Source of the DNA: Candidatus Micrarchaeota archaeon
GTDB lineage: Archaea; B1Sed10-29; CAYVZL01
NCBI GenBank assembly: GCA_964456465.1
Contig: CAYVZL010000001.1
Coordinates: 1-35,558, forward strand
DNA length: 35,558 nt
Direction: 5' to 3'
In this document: positions 25,004 to 32,399 of the stretch, piece by piece
Numbering within the stretch: the stretch's first letter is position 1
Layout: each line of letters opens with the position of its first letter
Position numbers and translations under genes: made by a program
The notes under the pieces: model-generated
What the model was told of the DNA's origin: nothing
Database searches by the model: none
What the model saw: the letters and a program-made list of their open reading frames with translations, nothing else

Positions 25004-25191
25004 TGGTCAAGCTAAGCGTTGATAAGAACACTTGCATAGGCTGCGGCGCGTGTGCTGCGCTATGTCCTGATGTTTTTGAGATGGGTTCTGACGGCAAGTC
25101 ACATGTCAAGAACGCGAAGGCCTGTGCCAAGTGCGACTGCAAGGCTGCTGCTGACGGCTGCCCTGTGGGGGCTATAAAGTATTCGCCTTAA
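25003..25191 (+). CDS. Small [4Fe-4S]/[3Fe-4S] ferredoxin
   Basis: CIGCGACAALCPDVF ... CPVGAI, 62 aa, Pyrococcus-type mono-cluster ferredoxin pattern. Start shares a base with the nrdG stop. Confidence 0.8.
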   Translation: MVKLSVDKNTCIGCGACAALCPDVFEMGSDGKSHVKNAKACAKCDCKAAADGCPVGAIKYSP

Positions 25192-25865
25192 TTGACTATT
25201 TTTCCGTCATGGATCTTGAAAATCTTGTCTCCTCTTTTTATGTATTCCATGTCGTGAGTGACTATAACAAACGTCTTGTTGAATTTCTTGTTCATCATTC
25301 TGAGATAGTCGAATATCTCATTGCCAGTTACTGAGTCGACCTCTCCAGTAGGTTCATCGGCCAGCACTATGATCGGATCGTTGATTAAGGATCTGGCTAT
25401 GGCCACTCTCTGCTGTTGACCTCCAGAAAGCTGATTAGGTGTGTGGTAAATCCTATCCCTGAGGCCCAGCATGCTCATCAGCTTTATTGCCCTGTTGTTG
25501 GCCACTTCTTCATCTACTCCAGAGGGTATTAGCGGTATCGTGACGTTCTCAAGCGCGGTCAGAGAGGTCATGAGGTTGAACGCCTGGAAGATGAAGCCGA
25601 TCTTCTTTCTCCTGATTGTCGACAGTATGTCTTCTTCCATCTGCGATAGCTTTTTGCCCTCGAAGTATATCTCTCCGTCTGTCGGGACGTCTAGCGCCCC
25701 GATTAGATGCAGTAACGTGGATTTGCCAGAGCCCGACGGCCCTATTATGAACACGAAATCTCCCTGGTTTATGGTCATGGACACCCCGCGCAAGGCATGA
25801 ACCAGATTCTCGCCCATCTTGAAATACTTGTGGACATCCTTCACTTCGACTATCTTCTTAACCAT
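25188..25865 (-). CDS. ABC transporter ATP-binding protein (MacB/LolD-like)
   Basis: Walker A GPSGSGKST, signature LSGGQQQRVAIAR, Walker B IVLADEPTG, H-loop VTHD. Confidence 0.9.
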   Translation of the reverse strand: MVKKIVEVKDVHKYFKMGENLVHALRGVSMTINQGDFVFIIGPSGSGKSTLLHLIGALDVPTDGEIYFEGKKLSQMEEDILSTIRRKKIGFIFQAFNLMTSLTALENVTIPLIPSGVDEEVANNRAIKLMSMLGLRDRIYHTPNQLSGGQQQRVAIARSLINDPIIVLADEPTGEVDSVTGNEIFDYLRMMNKKFNKTFVIVTHDMEYIKRGDKIFKIHDGKIVN

Positions 25866-27006
25866 AACGAATCGCCTCGATGGGATTGAGCCTGCTTGCC
25901 CTGTATGCTGGATAGAGCCCGCCGATGAGACCTAAGAAGGATGCTAACAGGAATGCGGTTAGGGCTAGGGTGGGTGTGACCTGCATCGGAAAACCGAAGG
26001 TGGGTTTGGCTATCTCGACAAGCACGTACCCTGCCGCAATCCCTATCGTGCCTCCAACTGCACCCAGAATAATTGACTCCGAGATAACCAGCGTCATTAT
26101 GTTCGAGTTGGACCATCCGATGGCTTTGAGTATGCCAAAGTCTCTGAATCTCTCCATGACCGACATGAGCATCGTGTTCAATATGCCAACTCCTCCGACG
26201 ACAACCGCAATCAGGGATATCGCCCAGAAGAATAAGTCAAGGCTGCTGAAGACAGAGCTGACGTCCTTCGCATATTCGGAGCCAGATTTCGCATCAACGC
26301 CGTCTATCCTGAGTTCTATCTTCTTGGAGACTGACTCGATGGCCGTAGGATCTTTCGTATAGACGGTCAGCATGGCTGCCTTGTCGTTTGGGAAGCCGAA
26401 CACTTTTCTGGCTATATCGATTGGCATCAATATCGTGTTGTCGGTCGCAGAGCTGCCCGTGGTCCATATCCCAACGACCTTGAACCTTACGTCGTTGATT
26501 TCGATTACACTGCCCACCATCTTCTTATAGTCGTCTGCTATCGTCTTGCCAATCACGACAGAATAGGCATCGCTCGCCTTTAGAAAACGGCCTTGAGTGA
26601 TTTTTGCTGCCGAGAAGCCGGTCTTTCCTGAGCTCCCCTCCTTGACTGGGTCTATGCCTATAACCTCTCCTACACCCATCCCGAACCCTTCTCCTGAGAG
26701 GAACGGCTTTCCGTCTATGGATGAGGCTATACCAAAAACTCTCGGCGTTACTAAGTCGACTTCGGGAAAGCTCTCAATCTCATCGATTATATCCATATCG
26801 ACTTTTGAAAGCATTGGAGAGAGCGAGTCCTTCTGAACTACCTGGACTCCTTGCAGCTGGCCTAAGCTCTCGTTCACCATATTTTTAATGCCATCGCTAA
26901 TCGAAATCAGCCCGACTACGCCGACTACTGCTATCATAAGGCCCATTAAAGCCAAAAAAGTCCTAGTTTTCTTGGATAGCAGGTTCCTGAATGCTATCTT
27001 CCACAT
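25858..27006 (-). CDS. ABC transporter permease, FtsX/MacB family
   Basis: N-terminal TM, large extracytoplasmic MacB-like domain, C-terminal FtsX-type three-helix bundle (...GGLYPAYRASRLNPIEAIR). Confidence 0.85.
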   Translation of the reverse strand: MWKIAFRNLLSKKTRTFLALMGLMIAVVGVVGLISISDGIKNMVNESLGQLQGVQVVQKDSLSPMLSKVDMDIIDEIESFPEVDLVTPRVFGIASSIDGKPFLSGEGFGMGVGEVIGIDPVKEGSSGKTGFSAAKITQGRFLKASDAYSVVIGKTIADDYKKMVGSVIEINDVRFKVVGIWTTGSSATDNTILMPIDIARKVFGFPNDKAAMLTVYTKDPTAIESVSKKIELRIDGVDAKSGSEYAKDVSSVFSSLDLFFWAISLIAVVVGGVGILNTMLMSVMERFRDFGILKAIGWSNSNIMTLVISESIILGAVGGTIGIAAGYVLVEIAKPTFGFPMQVTPTLALTAFLLASFLGLIGGLYPAYRASRLNPIEAIRYG

Positions 27007-27007
27007 G

Positions 27008-28150
27008 CTAGTCAACTATCTTTTCGATGTGTCGTTTCCTTTTCCTTCCTTTCACCCAATACCAGACGACCACTATGATTATGCCCAGAACGATTATTCC
27101 GCTGAAGTCGAAGGGCCGGGTATAAATGAAAAGGGAGATGTTTTCGCTCTGAGTGTACGTGTTTCCTTCATCATCCGTATAGGTGTACTCCAGCGGGATG
27201 ATGTAGCTACCGGGTTTGTTTAGGGTTATATCAAAAATAGCTGAGCCGGTGTCATCCGACTCTATTGTCCCGATATAGGAGGCCAAAGCGCCAACAATTG
27301 CGCCGTCTTTTAGCCTGACTTGGACAGACCTTGCTTTTTCCTTGCCAACATCCTCCAGCTGCACTGAGAGGGTAAATTTCTCTCCGACATATGGAGTCTT
27401 GTCAGTCTGGCTGCCGGCTAGTTTCAGGTCGGGTGTGCCATGAACCTCCGCGTAGAAGGCATTAGAGACAGTAGTACCGGAGTAGATTAGGGTCACGGTT
27501 CCGGCGTATGCTCCTGGCTTGGTCTCTGAGCTGACTATCCCCTTGAAGACCAAGTCCTCGGCAGAATTTGCGCCGATGAAATTCATGATTTGCGAGTCAG
27601 GTATCCAAGTAATCTGGGCGGTCGGAGAGGATATCGTAGCCAAGACATTGGAGGCGGGGATCTGCGCGGTGTTATTTATCTTGAGAGTAACTGTAAACGG
27701 CTTGCCTATGTGCGGTGTCGGGTCGAATATTATGTCCTCGAACCTCAGAGTGGGGGTGGATGAGACCGAAAGATATATCTGCCGGCTAGTGCTCGTCTGG
27801 TAGGGCCCGCTGGTCTCAGTATATTTTATCGTGACTGGGAGCGTGTACGTGCCCGGGTCTATATCCCCCACATTAAATCTAAAGCTCATGGTTGCGGTTT
27901 GGCTGGGTAAGATTCTATCCACAGCGTAAGAGGTCCTTATGCCTTCGAACTGCTGGGGCAGGTTCAATTGGACGGTGATGTTTTCATAGGTTATCTTTCC
28001 CGTGTGGTATAAGTCGAACTGCAGTATTACGTCCTTGTCGCCCGCTTGGATGGCTGCCGGGAATGTCTTCTGGTTCTGGATTCTCAGCGCATCCTCTGCT
28101 GCGAAGCTCACTGTTATTAACAATAGAAGGACAATCAAAAATCGCTTCAT
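27008..28150 (-). CDS. Secreted beta-rich surface protein (COG1361/CARDB-like repeats) with C-terminal TM anchor
   Basis: Signal peptide MKRFLIVLLLLITVSFA. Repeated ~90-aa beta segments with ...PG(T/A)Y...(V/T)... motifs. C-terminal anchor IIVLGIIIVVVWYWVKGRKRKR. Immediately upstream of the MacB-type pair. Confidence 0.55.
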   Translation of the reverse strand: MKRFLIVLLLLITVSFAAEDALRIQNQKTFPAAIQAGDKDVILQFDLYHTGKITYENITVQLNLPQQFEGIRTSYAVDRILPSQTATMSFRFNVGDIDPGTYTLPVTIKYTETSGPYQTSTSRQIYLSVSSTPTLRFEDIIFDPTPHIGKPFTVTLKINNTAQIPASNVLATISSPTAQITWIPDSQIMNFIGANSAEDLVFKGIVSSETKPGAYAGTVTLIYSGTTVSNAFYAEVHGTPDLKLAGSQTDKTPYVGEKFTLSVQLEDVGKEKARSVQVRLKDGAIVGALASYIGTIESDDTGSAIFDITLNKPGSYIIPLEYTYTDDEGNTYTQSENISLFIYTRPFDFSGIIVLGIIIVVVWYWVKGRKRKRHIEKIVD

Positions 28151-28204
28151 TGGCCTCACCCTCACTCTTATATTTCTGGCGACATATCTATTTAAGGGTT
28201 TTGC

Positions 28205-28834
28205 ATGGACCAAAAAGAGCTGGTTAAGGCGCTAGTGGCGGAAGGATTGCTAAAATCGAGGAAGGTGATTGCGGCGTTTGGAGAAGTCCCGAGAGAGAAT
28301 TTCCTCCCAGAATCACTTAAAGGATTGGCTTATTCCGACACGCCTCTCCCGATTCCTGGCGGCCAGACCATATCGGCTCCTCATATGGTCGCGGTGATGA
28401 GCGAATATCTGGATGTCAAAGATGGGCAGAAAATTCTTGAGATAGGGGCAGGCTCAGGCTATCAGGCGGCGATTTTATCCAAGATGGCTCCGAGAGGAAA
28501 GATATATACCGTCGAAGTTGTACCCGAGCTTACCGAGTTTGCGAAAAAAAACTTGAAGGATTACAAGAATGTGCACGTCTTCTCTGGCGACGGTTCGATA
28601 GGCCTGCCGGAATACGCTCCTTACGATAGGATAATAGCGACTGCGGGCTGTCCAAGCATACCTAAGCCGTGGATGGACCAGCTAAAAGAAAATGGAAGGA
28701 TAGTCGCACCGGTTGGGGGGATGTACGAACAGCGGCTGATTTTACTTGAGAAAAAGAATGGGAAAATTTTAGAAGCTGACTTGAACTTTCCCTGCGTCTT
28801 CGTCCCTTTGCGCGGGCTCTACGGTTGGAGATAA
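28205..28834 (+). CDS. pcm: Protein-L-isoaspartate O-methyltransferase
   Basis: QTISAPHMVA, SAM motif ILEIGAGSGYQAA, 209 aa. Confidence 0.9.
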   Translation: MDQKELVKALVAEGLLKSRKVIAAFGEVPRENFLPESLKGLAYSDTPLPIPGGQTISAPHMVAVMSEYLDVKDGQKILEIGAGSGYQAAILSKMAPRGKIYTVEVVPELTEFAKKNLKDYKNVHVFSGDGSIGLPEYAPYDRIIATAGCPSIPKPWMDQLKENGRIVAPVGGMYEQRLILLEKKNGKILEADLNFPCVFVPLRGLYGWR

Positions 28835-28836
28835 TG

Positions 28837-29163
28837 TCATAATTTCTGCATTCTGATGCCTTTCACTGGCTTCGGTTGCTCCAGGGCTGTCTCACCAAAC
28901 TCTATCTTGTCTTTGATCAGGTCTCGGAGCTTAGCCTTGCCTGCCATGGAAACCATCTCCTGGCCCAGCTTGACGCTCCTTCCGGCGAGCAGGTCTTTCT
29001 CTATCAGCTTGAATGCGAGGCCGGCTTCTATCAGATTGGCCACCTCTGCTGAAAAATTGATCCTTTTTCCCTCTTTCTCTGGTGTCGACATGTACTCTTC
29101 AAGCCGGTCTATCAGGGCTTTCTCGAATGCTATCGATTTGGTGAATACGAGGCTTTTCTTCAT
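28837..29163 (-). CDS. Hypothetical protein (108 aa; N-terminus resembles a ribbon-helix-helix strand-helix)
   Basis: Clean ORF with no family recognised. KSLVFTKSIAFEKALIDRLEEY has the alternating pattern of RHH proteins, which is weak evidence. Confidence 0.35.
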   Translation of the reverse strand: MKKSLVFTKSIAFEKALIDRLEEYMSTPEKEGKRINFSAEVANLIEAGLAFKLIEKDLLAGRSVKLGQEMVSMAGKAKLRDLIKDKIEFGETALEQPKPVKGIRMQKL

Positions 29164-29284
29164 GAAATCACCGGTAGGACAAGGGATTTCTCCTATTTAA
29201 ACCTTATTGTTAATGATATTGTTGTTATTATTATCAATATTTACTGGAGAGAAACGAATAAAAGGCCCGGAAACAGCAAGAAAT

Positions 29285-29348
29285 AGTGGATGATGATACC
29301 TTTAAGTTCTGATGCGGCTGAATGAAGAATGATAGGCAGTCTGACACT
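29285..29348 (+). ncRNA. Candidate C/D box sRNA (2'-O-methylation guide)
   Basis: C box ATGATGA (29290-29296), 12-nt guide, D' CTGA (29309-29312), C' ATGAAGA (29322-29328), 12-nt guide, D CTGA (29341-29344). 4-bp terminal stem AGTG/CACT. Intergenic. Confidence 0.55.
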
Positions 29349-29554
29349 TAAAATTTAGGGGACTTTTTCTTTTTCTCTTCGTTCTCTTTTCTCCTTTCCT
29401 CCGCCCTTTGTTGTAATTTTTCATTGAGTTCTCTCGCCGCAAGTACGCGCGTCCTTTCTTGATCTGATAAAGAACTTAACTTTACTACTCGATCGTTCTT
29501 CCAGACCCGCTCTTCTGGATTTTGCAATAGCTTTCTCTTCCATGGCCAAGGCAT
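29348..29554 (-). CDS. Hypothetical small charged protein (68 aa)
   Basis: ORF only, with a K/E/R-rich helical C-terminus. No family recognised. Confidence 0.3.
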   Translation of the reverse strand: MPWPWKRKLLQNPEERVWKNDRVVKLSSLSDQERTRVLAARELNEKLQQRAEERRKENEEKKKKSPKF

Positions 29555-29603
29555 AATCGCACCTCAGATATAGTTATAGGCGCAGGCTTTTAAATAAGCT
29601 TAC

Positions 29604-29611
29604 TTAAAAAT
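29604..29611 (+). promoter_or_regulatory. TATA box (TTAAAAAT) for the initiator tRNA
   Basis: Ends 24 nt upstream of tRNA position +1 (29636). Confidence 0.4.
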
Positions 29612-29635
29612 TCTAATACTAGTTGTCTTGTTCAA

Positions 29636-29732
29636 AGCGAGGTAGGGCAGCCTGGAGTGCCCGTCGAAGATCCTAAAGATCTGCGGATGGCTCATAACCC
29701 GAAGGTCGTCGGTTCAAATCCGACCCTCGCTA
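29636..29732 (+). tRNA. Initiator tRNA-Met(CAU) with 22-nt non-canonical intron in the 5' strand of the anticodon stem
   Basis: AGCGAGG/TA/GGGC-AGCCTGGAGT-GCCC/G/TCG[aagatcctaaagatctgcggat]GG-CTCATAA-CCCGA/AGGTC/GTCGG-TTCAAAT-CCGAC/CCTCGCT/A. A1:U72 and three G:C pairs closing the anticodon loop are archaeal initiator hallmarks. Confidence 0.75.
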
Positions 29733-30017
29733 TTTAAAACTATAGAACTTCTTCTCAAAGTTAACTATCTTGCCTTGTTTGACTAAAACTCCTTCTTTCT
29801 TCAGTATCGCGATTTTCTTGGGCACGTTCCCATCGAAGCCGCCGATAGAACCGTCAGACATAACGACGCGGTGGCAGGGCACTCTCGGAGCATATGGATT
29901 GACATTCATCAGCTTTCCAACCGCTCTCTGATGATGGCCACTAGCTCTGCCAAGCTCTTTGTAGGTAGTCACGCGACCTTTAGGCACTTTCATCAAAATC
30001 TTGTAAATCTCTTTCAT
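29730..30017 (-). CDS. ogt: Methylated-DNA-protein-cysteine methyltransferase, stand-alone C-terminal (active-site) domain
   Basis: HTH-like TYKELGRASG, active site VPCHRVV. Only 95 aa, with no N-terminal Ada/Ogt domain. Confidence 0.8.
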   Translation of the reverse strand: MKEIYKILMKVPKGRVTTYKELGRASGHHQRAVGKLMNVNPYAPRVPCHRVVMSDGSIGGFDGNVPKKIAILKKEGVLVKQGKIVNFEKKFYSFK

Positions 30018-30652
30018 AACGCCCTCAAAAAATCTATAGCTTTGTCTGCGTCCGGCTTGAATGGAAAGGACTGAAAAAATGATTTGAACTCTGCGGAATA
30101 GTTCATGAAATTCTCCAATAGACCGCGCTCTTTTTCAGAGAAATTAAGCCGATATAATTCGATTTTCATCTTATCGCGTTCCGATTCGCATGAGTAGAGA
30201 AAATTCAGCATAGCCCAGAAAAAATTATCAATCTTCTTGTCTTTAATCATTGGATAAAATAAGGTAATCAAATCCAAATTGATGTCTTTTAGGACCGGCA
30301 GCTTGTAGATGTGCGGGGTGTGCTGGAGGTAAAGGAAGTTTATTTGGTACAGCGATGAGACTTTTCTGGGCGCAGTTAAATTGTGGTTCTTAAAAAAATG
30401 TTTCATGAGCTGGCGCGTTGACTTCCAAGTTTGATCCGCTCTGGAGTATTCAACAAGTATGTTTTTTGCAACAAGTTCTTCGAGATGGTTTTGCTTCAAG
30501 AACCTTACGACAAGATCCGGCCTGGATTTCGGATAAAAATCTTTCACTTCTTTTTTGAGAAAATGTACGAGTTCGGTGGGTGTTCTAGGAATCGGAAACC
30601 GGCAAAATTCGATGATTTTCTGGTTAGCTTCGAATTCGTTATAGTTTACCAT
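30014..30652 (-). CDS. Hypothetical protein (212 aa), translationally coupled to the MGMT domain gene
   Basis: ATGA overlap with the downstream MGMT gene. Phe/Asn/Lys-rich, lower GC. No motif recognised. Confidence 0.45.
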   Translation of the reverse strand: MVNYNEFEANQKIIEFCRFPIPRTPTELVHFLKKEVKDFYPKSRPDLVVRFLKQNHLEELVAKNILVEYSRADQTWKSTRQLMKHFFKNHNLTAPRKVSSLYQINFLYLQHTPHIYKLPVLKDINLDLITLFYPMIKDKKIDNFFWAMLNFLYSCESERDKMKIELYRLNFSEKERGLLENFMNYSAEFKSFFQSFPFKPDADKAIDFLRAL

Positions 30653-30856
30653 GACAACACTAAAGAATATATGTGTTAAGTAGAATATAATAATAGCTGG
30701 TTTCTATCTATGGTTAGACCCCATTGTTCGTGTATTCAAATAATAATGAAAATACGTTTATATATAATGAAATGTTTTTGCACTAATATAATAAATATAA
30801 TACTCTTTTAATAATTAATAAAACATCCAAAAGGAAAAAGAAAGGGAAAAAACGAG

Positions 30857-31189
30857 TTATCTCCTCTTCGCTAGAGAGTGCAAAGCGCCCTTTCTCGGAG
30901 CTTCTTCCATTTCAGCTTCTATTTCTTCTTCCTGGACAGCTCCGCCGCGCCTGCTTACTAGTAAAATGTCCTTCGCTGATCTAACGTTCTTATATAAAAC
31001 ACTCTTATCCCTAAGGACCTTCGCGGCCTCTTCTCTACTGGCCACCTTCAGGGTCTCTGTAGTCAGCCTTACAATTTCACCCTTCTCCAAATTGAGGATA
31101 ACATCATTTACCTTACCAATGTATCCTGCTTCATCGGTATAAATATCCATGCCGTATAATTTCGATAGTCGCATCGTCATTTTATTCAC
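30857..31189 (-). CDS. PRC-barrel domain protein
   Basis: LYGMDIYTDEAGYIGKVNDVILNLEKGEIVRL is the typical PRC-barrel core. Acidic/basic tail. Confidence 0.65.
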   Translation of the reverse strand: MNKMTMRLSKLYGMDIYTDEAGYIGKVNDVILNLEKGEIVRLTTETLKVASREEAAKVLRDKSVLYKNVRSAKDILLVSRRGGAVQEEEIEAEMEEAPRKGALHSLAKRR

Positions 31190-31290
31190 CCACCGTTGTT
31201 CGTGTCAGAATAAGGAAATACCTATTTAAAAACCTTTCGTTTCATCGATTTTACTCCCGACATATCGTCCATATACGTCGATTTTCGATA

Positions 31291-31309
31291 AATCGACGAG
31301 TCGACACAT
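31291..31309 (+). repeat. 19-nt direct repeat copy 1 (AATCGACGAGTCGACACAT)
   Basis: Perfect 19-mer also present at 31912-31930. Similarity extends to ~28 nt (TTTTCGATAAATCG...). Confidence 0.85.
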
Positions 31310-31369
31310 CAGAAAACCAAGAAAAACTAGAGAGCTAGCCAATGAATACAAGAAGTGGCGGGTGTCCGT

Positions 31370-31867
31370 CTAGGGGCCCATCTCTTGAGTGAATTTTGCA
31401 GAGGGGCCCGGGTTGAACCTATAGTAGACCTCGCGCCCCACGCGGTGCTTTTCAACATAATTTGCACGATACAGGGCGTTCAGAATCTCAGAGCACCGGT
31501 TCAGACTAAGTCCGGTTATCGTGGCGCTATCATCTGCCAGGATTTCGCCCTTTTCTTTGACTACATCTAGCACTTGTTTGAGTCTTGGCGATAGTATCGA
31601 TGAATCTGTCGATGCGTCGCGATGAATCGTCGATGTGTCTCGACTCATCCGACTCCTGGACTCTTTCGCGAGCTCGACCATCCAATCAAGCATATCCTCA
31701 TAGAGCTTCTTAATCTCTAGCAGCTCGTCAAGTTTGTGATCCATGCTGTCCAGCTTCTCTTCAGATTTTAGAGAGACGTGGCTTATCTGTACTGGTTTTT
31801 CCTCCTTTCTTTCTGGCTTCTTTTCCTTCTGGATGAGCGCCTGCCTGAGTTTTCCAAAGATGCCCAT
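31370..31867 (-). CDS. wHTH transcriptional regulator-like protein (165 aa)
   Basis: C-terminal LKQVLDVVKEKGEILADDSATITGLSLNRCSEILNALYRANYVEKHRVGREVYYRF has an ArsR/MarR-type winged-helix pattern. The N-terminal half is charged and helical. Confidence 0.55.
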   Translation of the reverse strand: MGIFGKLRQALIQKEKKPERKEEKPVQISHVSLKSEEKLDSMDHKLDELLEIKKLYEDMLDWMVELAKESRSRMSRDTSTIHRDASTDSSILSPRLKQVLDVVKEKGEILADDSATITGLSLNRCSEILNALYRANYVEKHRVGREVYYRFNPGPSAKFTQEMGP

Positions 31868-31911
31868 AGTGTCTATAGTAAATCAGAACCCATTTTTATA
31901 CTTTTCGGATG

Positions 31912-31930
31912 AATCGACGAGTCGACACAT
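31912..31930 (+). repeat. 19-nt direct repeat copy 2 (AATCGACGAGTCGACACAT)
   Basis: Identical to 31291-31309. The two copies bracket the wHTH gene. Confidence 0.85.
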
Positions 31931-32082
31931 TCCCGATAGATTGACGCAGCATGGCGATTTCATGAACCGATTAAAAATTCCAGGAAAAACTGAATTTTTG
32001 GCTTTCACAATCAGAAATTTTTCAATCACTCCTTAAAAAGTAAAATTATTGCACAAAAATATAGAAAAATTCCCAAAATCGG

Positions 32083-32399
32083 ATCTCTCACATTTCTTAC
32101 TCCCTCACCAATCATAACATACTAACTGGACACCAACCAACCGGCCCAAACTCCTGCTTTTTATCAATCTCTCACATTTTTAACCACGCTCAGAAGCCGC
32201 TCTATCCATAATAGCTGGGTTTTAGCTAAGACAATAACCCACCCCATAAGATCTCTCACAAGCAGTGCGGCTGAGCATGCTGATTCCATCGCTGTTCCAC
32301 GTGCGCCGCTTCAAACTAACCTTTACTCACCACGCTTTTTCAGTTTCAATCATTTTTGCACTATTCAGCCGGCTCAAATTTCTCAGTTTCCTCACATTT
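32083..32399 (+). repeat. Phased array of ATCTCTCACATTT-type motifs in a long non-coding region
   Basis: ATCTCTCACATTT at 32083 and 32167, ATCTCTCACA at 32251 (spacing exactly 84 and 84 bp). TTTCCTCACATTT at 32387 (136 bp further). No ORF of 60 aa or more on either strand. Confidence 0.7.

Noticed and set aside
28837-29554. Toxin-antitoxin pair formed by the 108-aa and 68-aa ORFs
   Set aside because: The two ORFs are separated by 184 nt that contain a separate sRNA candidate on the other strand. Neither shows a recognisable toxin fold or motif.
30724-31205. Shared 10-mer TTGTTCGTGT upstream of two minus-strand genes (30724-30733 and 31196-31205) as a regulatory motif
   Set aside because: Thousands of repeated 10-mers are expected by chance among all pairs in a 35-kb window on two strands. 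The flanks do not align beyond one or two extra bases.
32083-32399. CRISPR array interpretation of the 84-bp periodic repeats
   Set aside because: Only 10-13 nt are conserved per unit, against 24-48 nt for CRISPR repeats. There are only three or four units, no cas genes and no repeat-internal palindrome.
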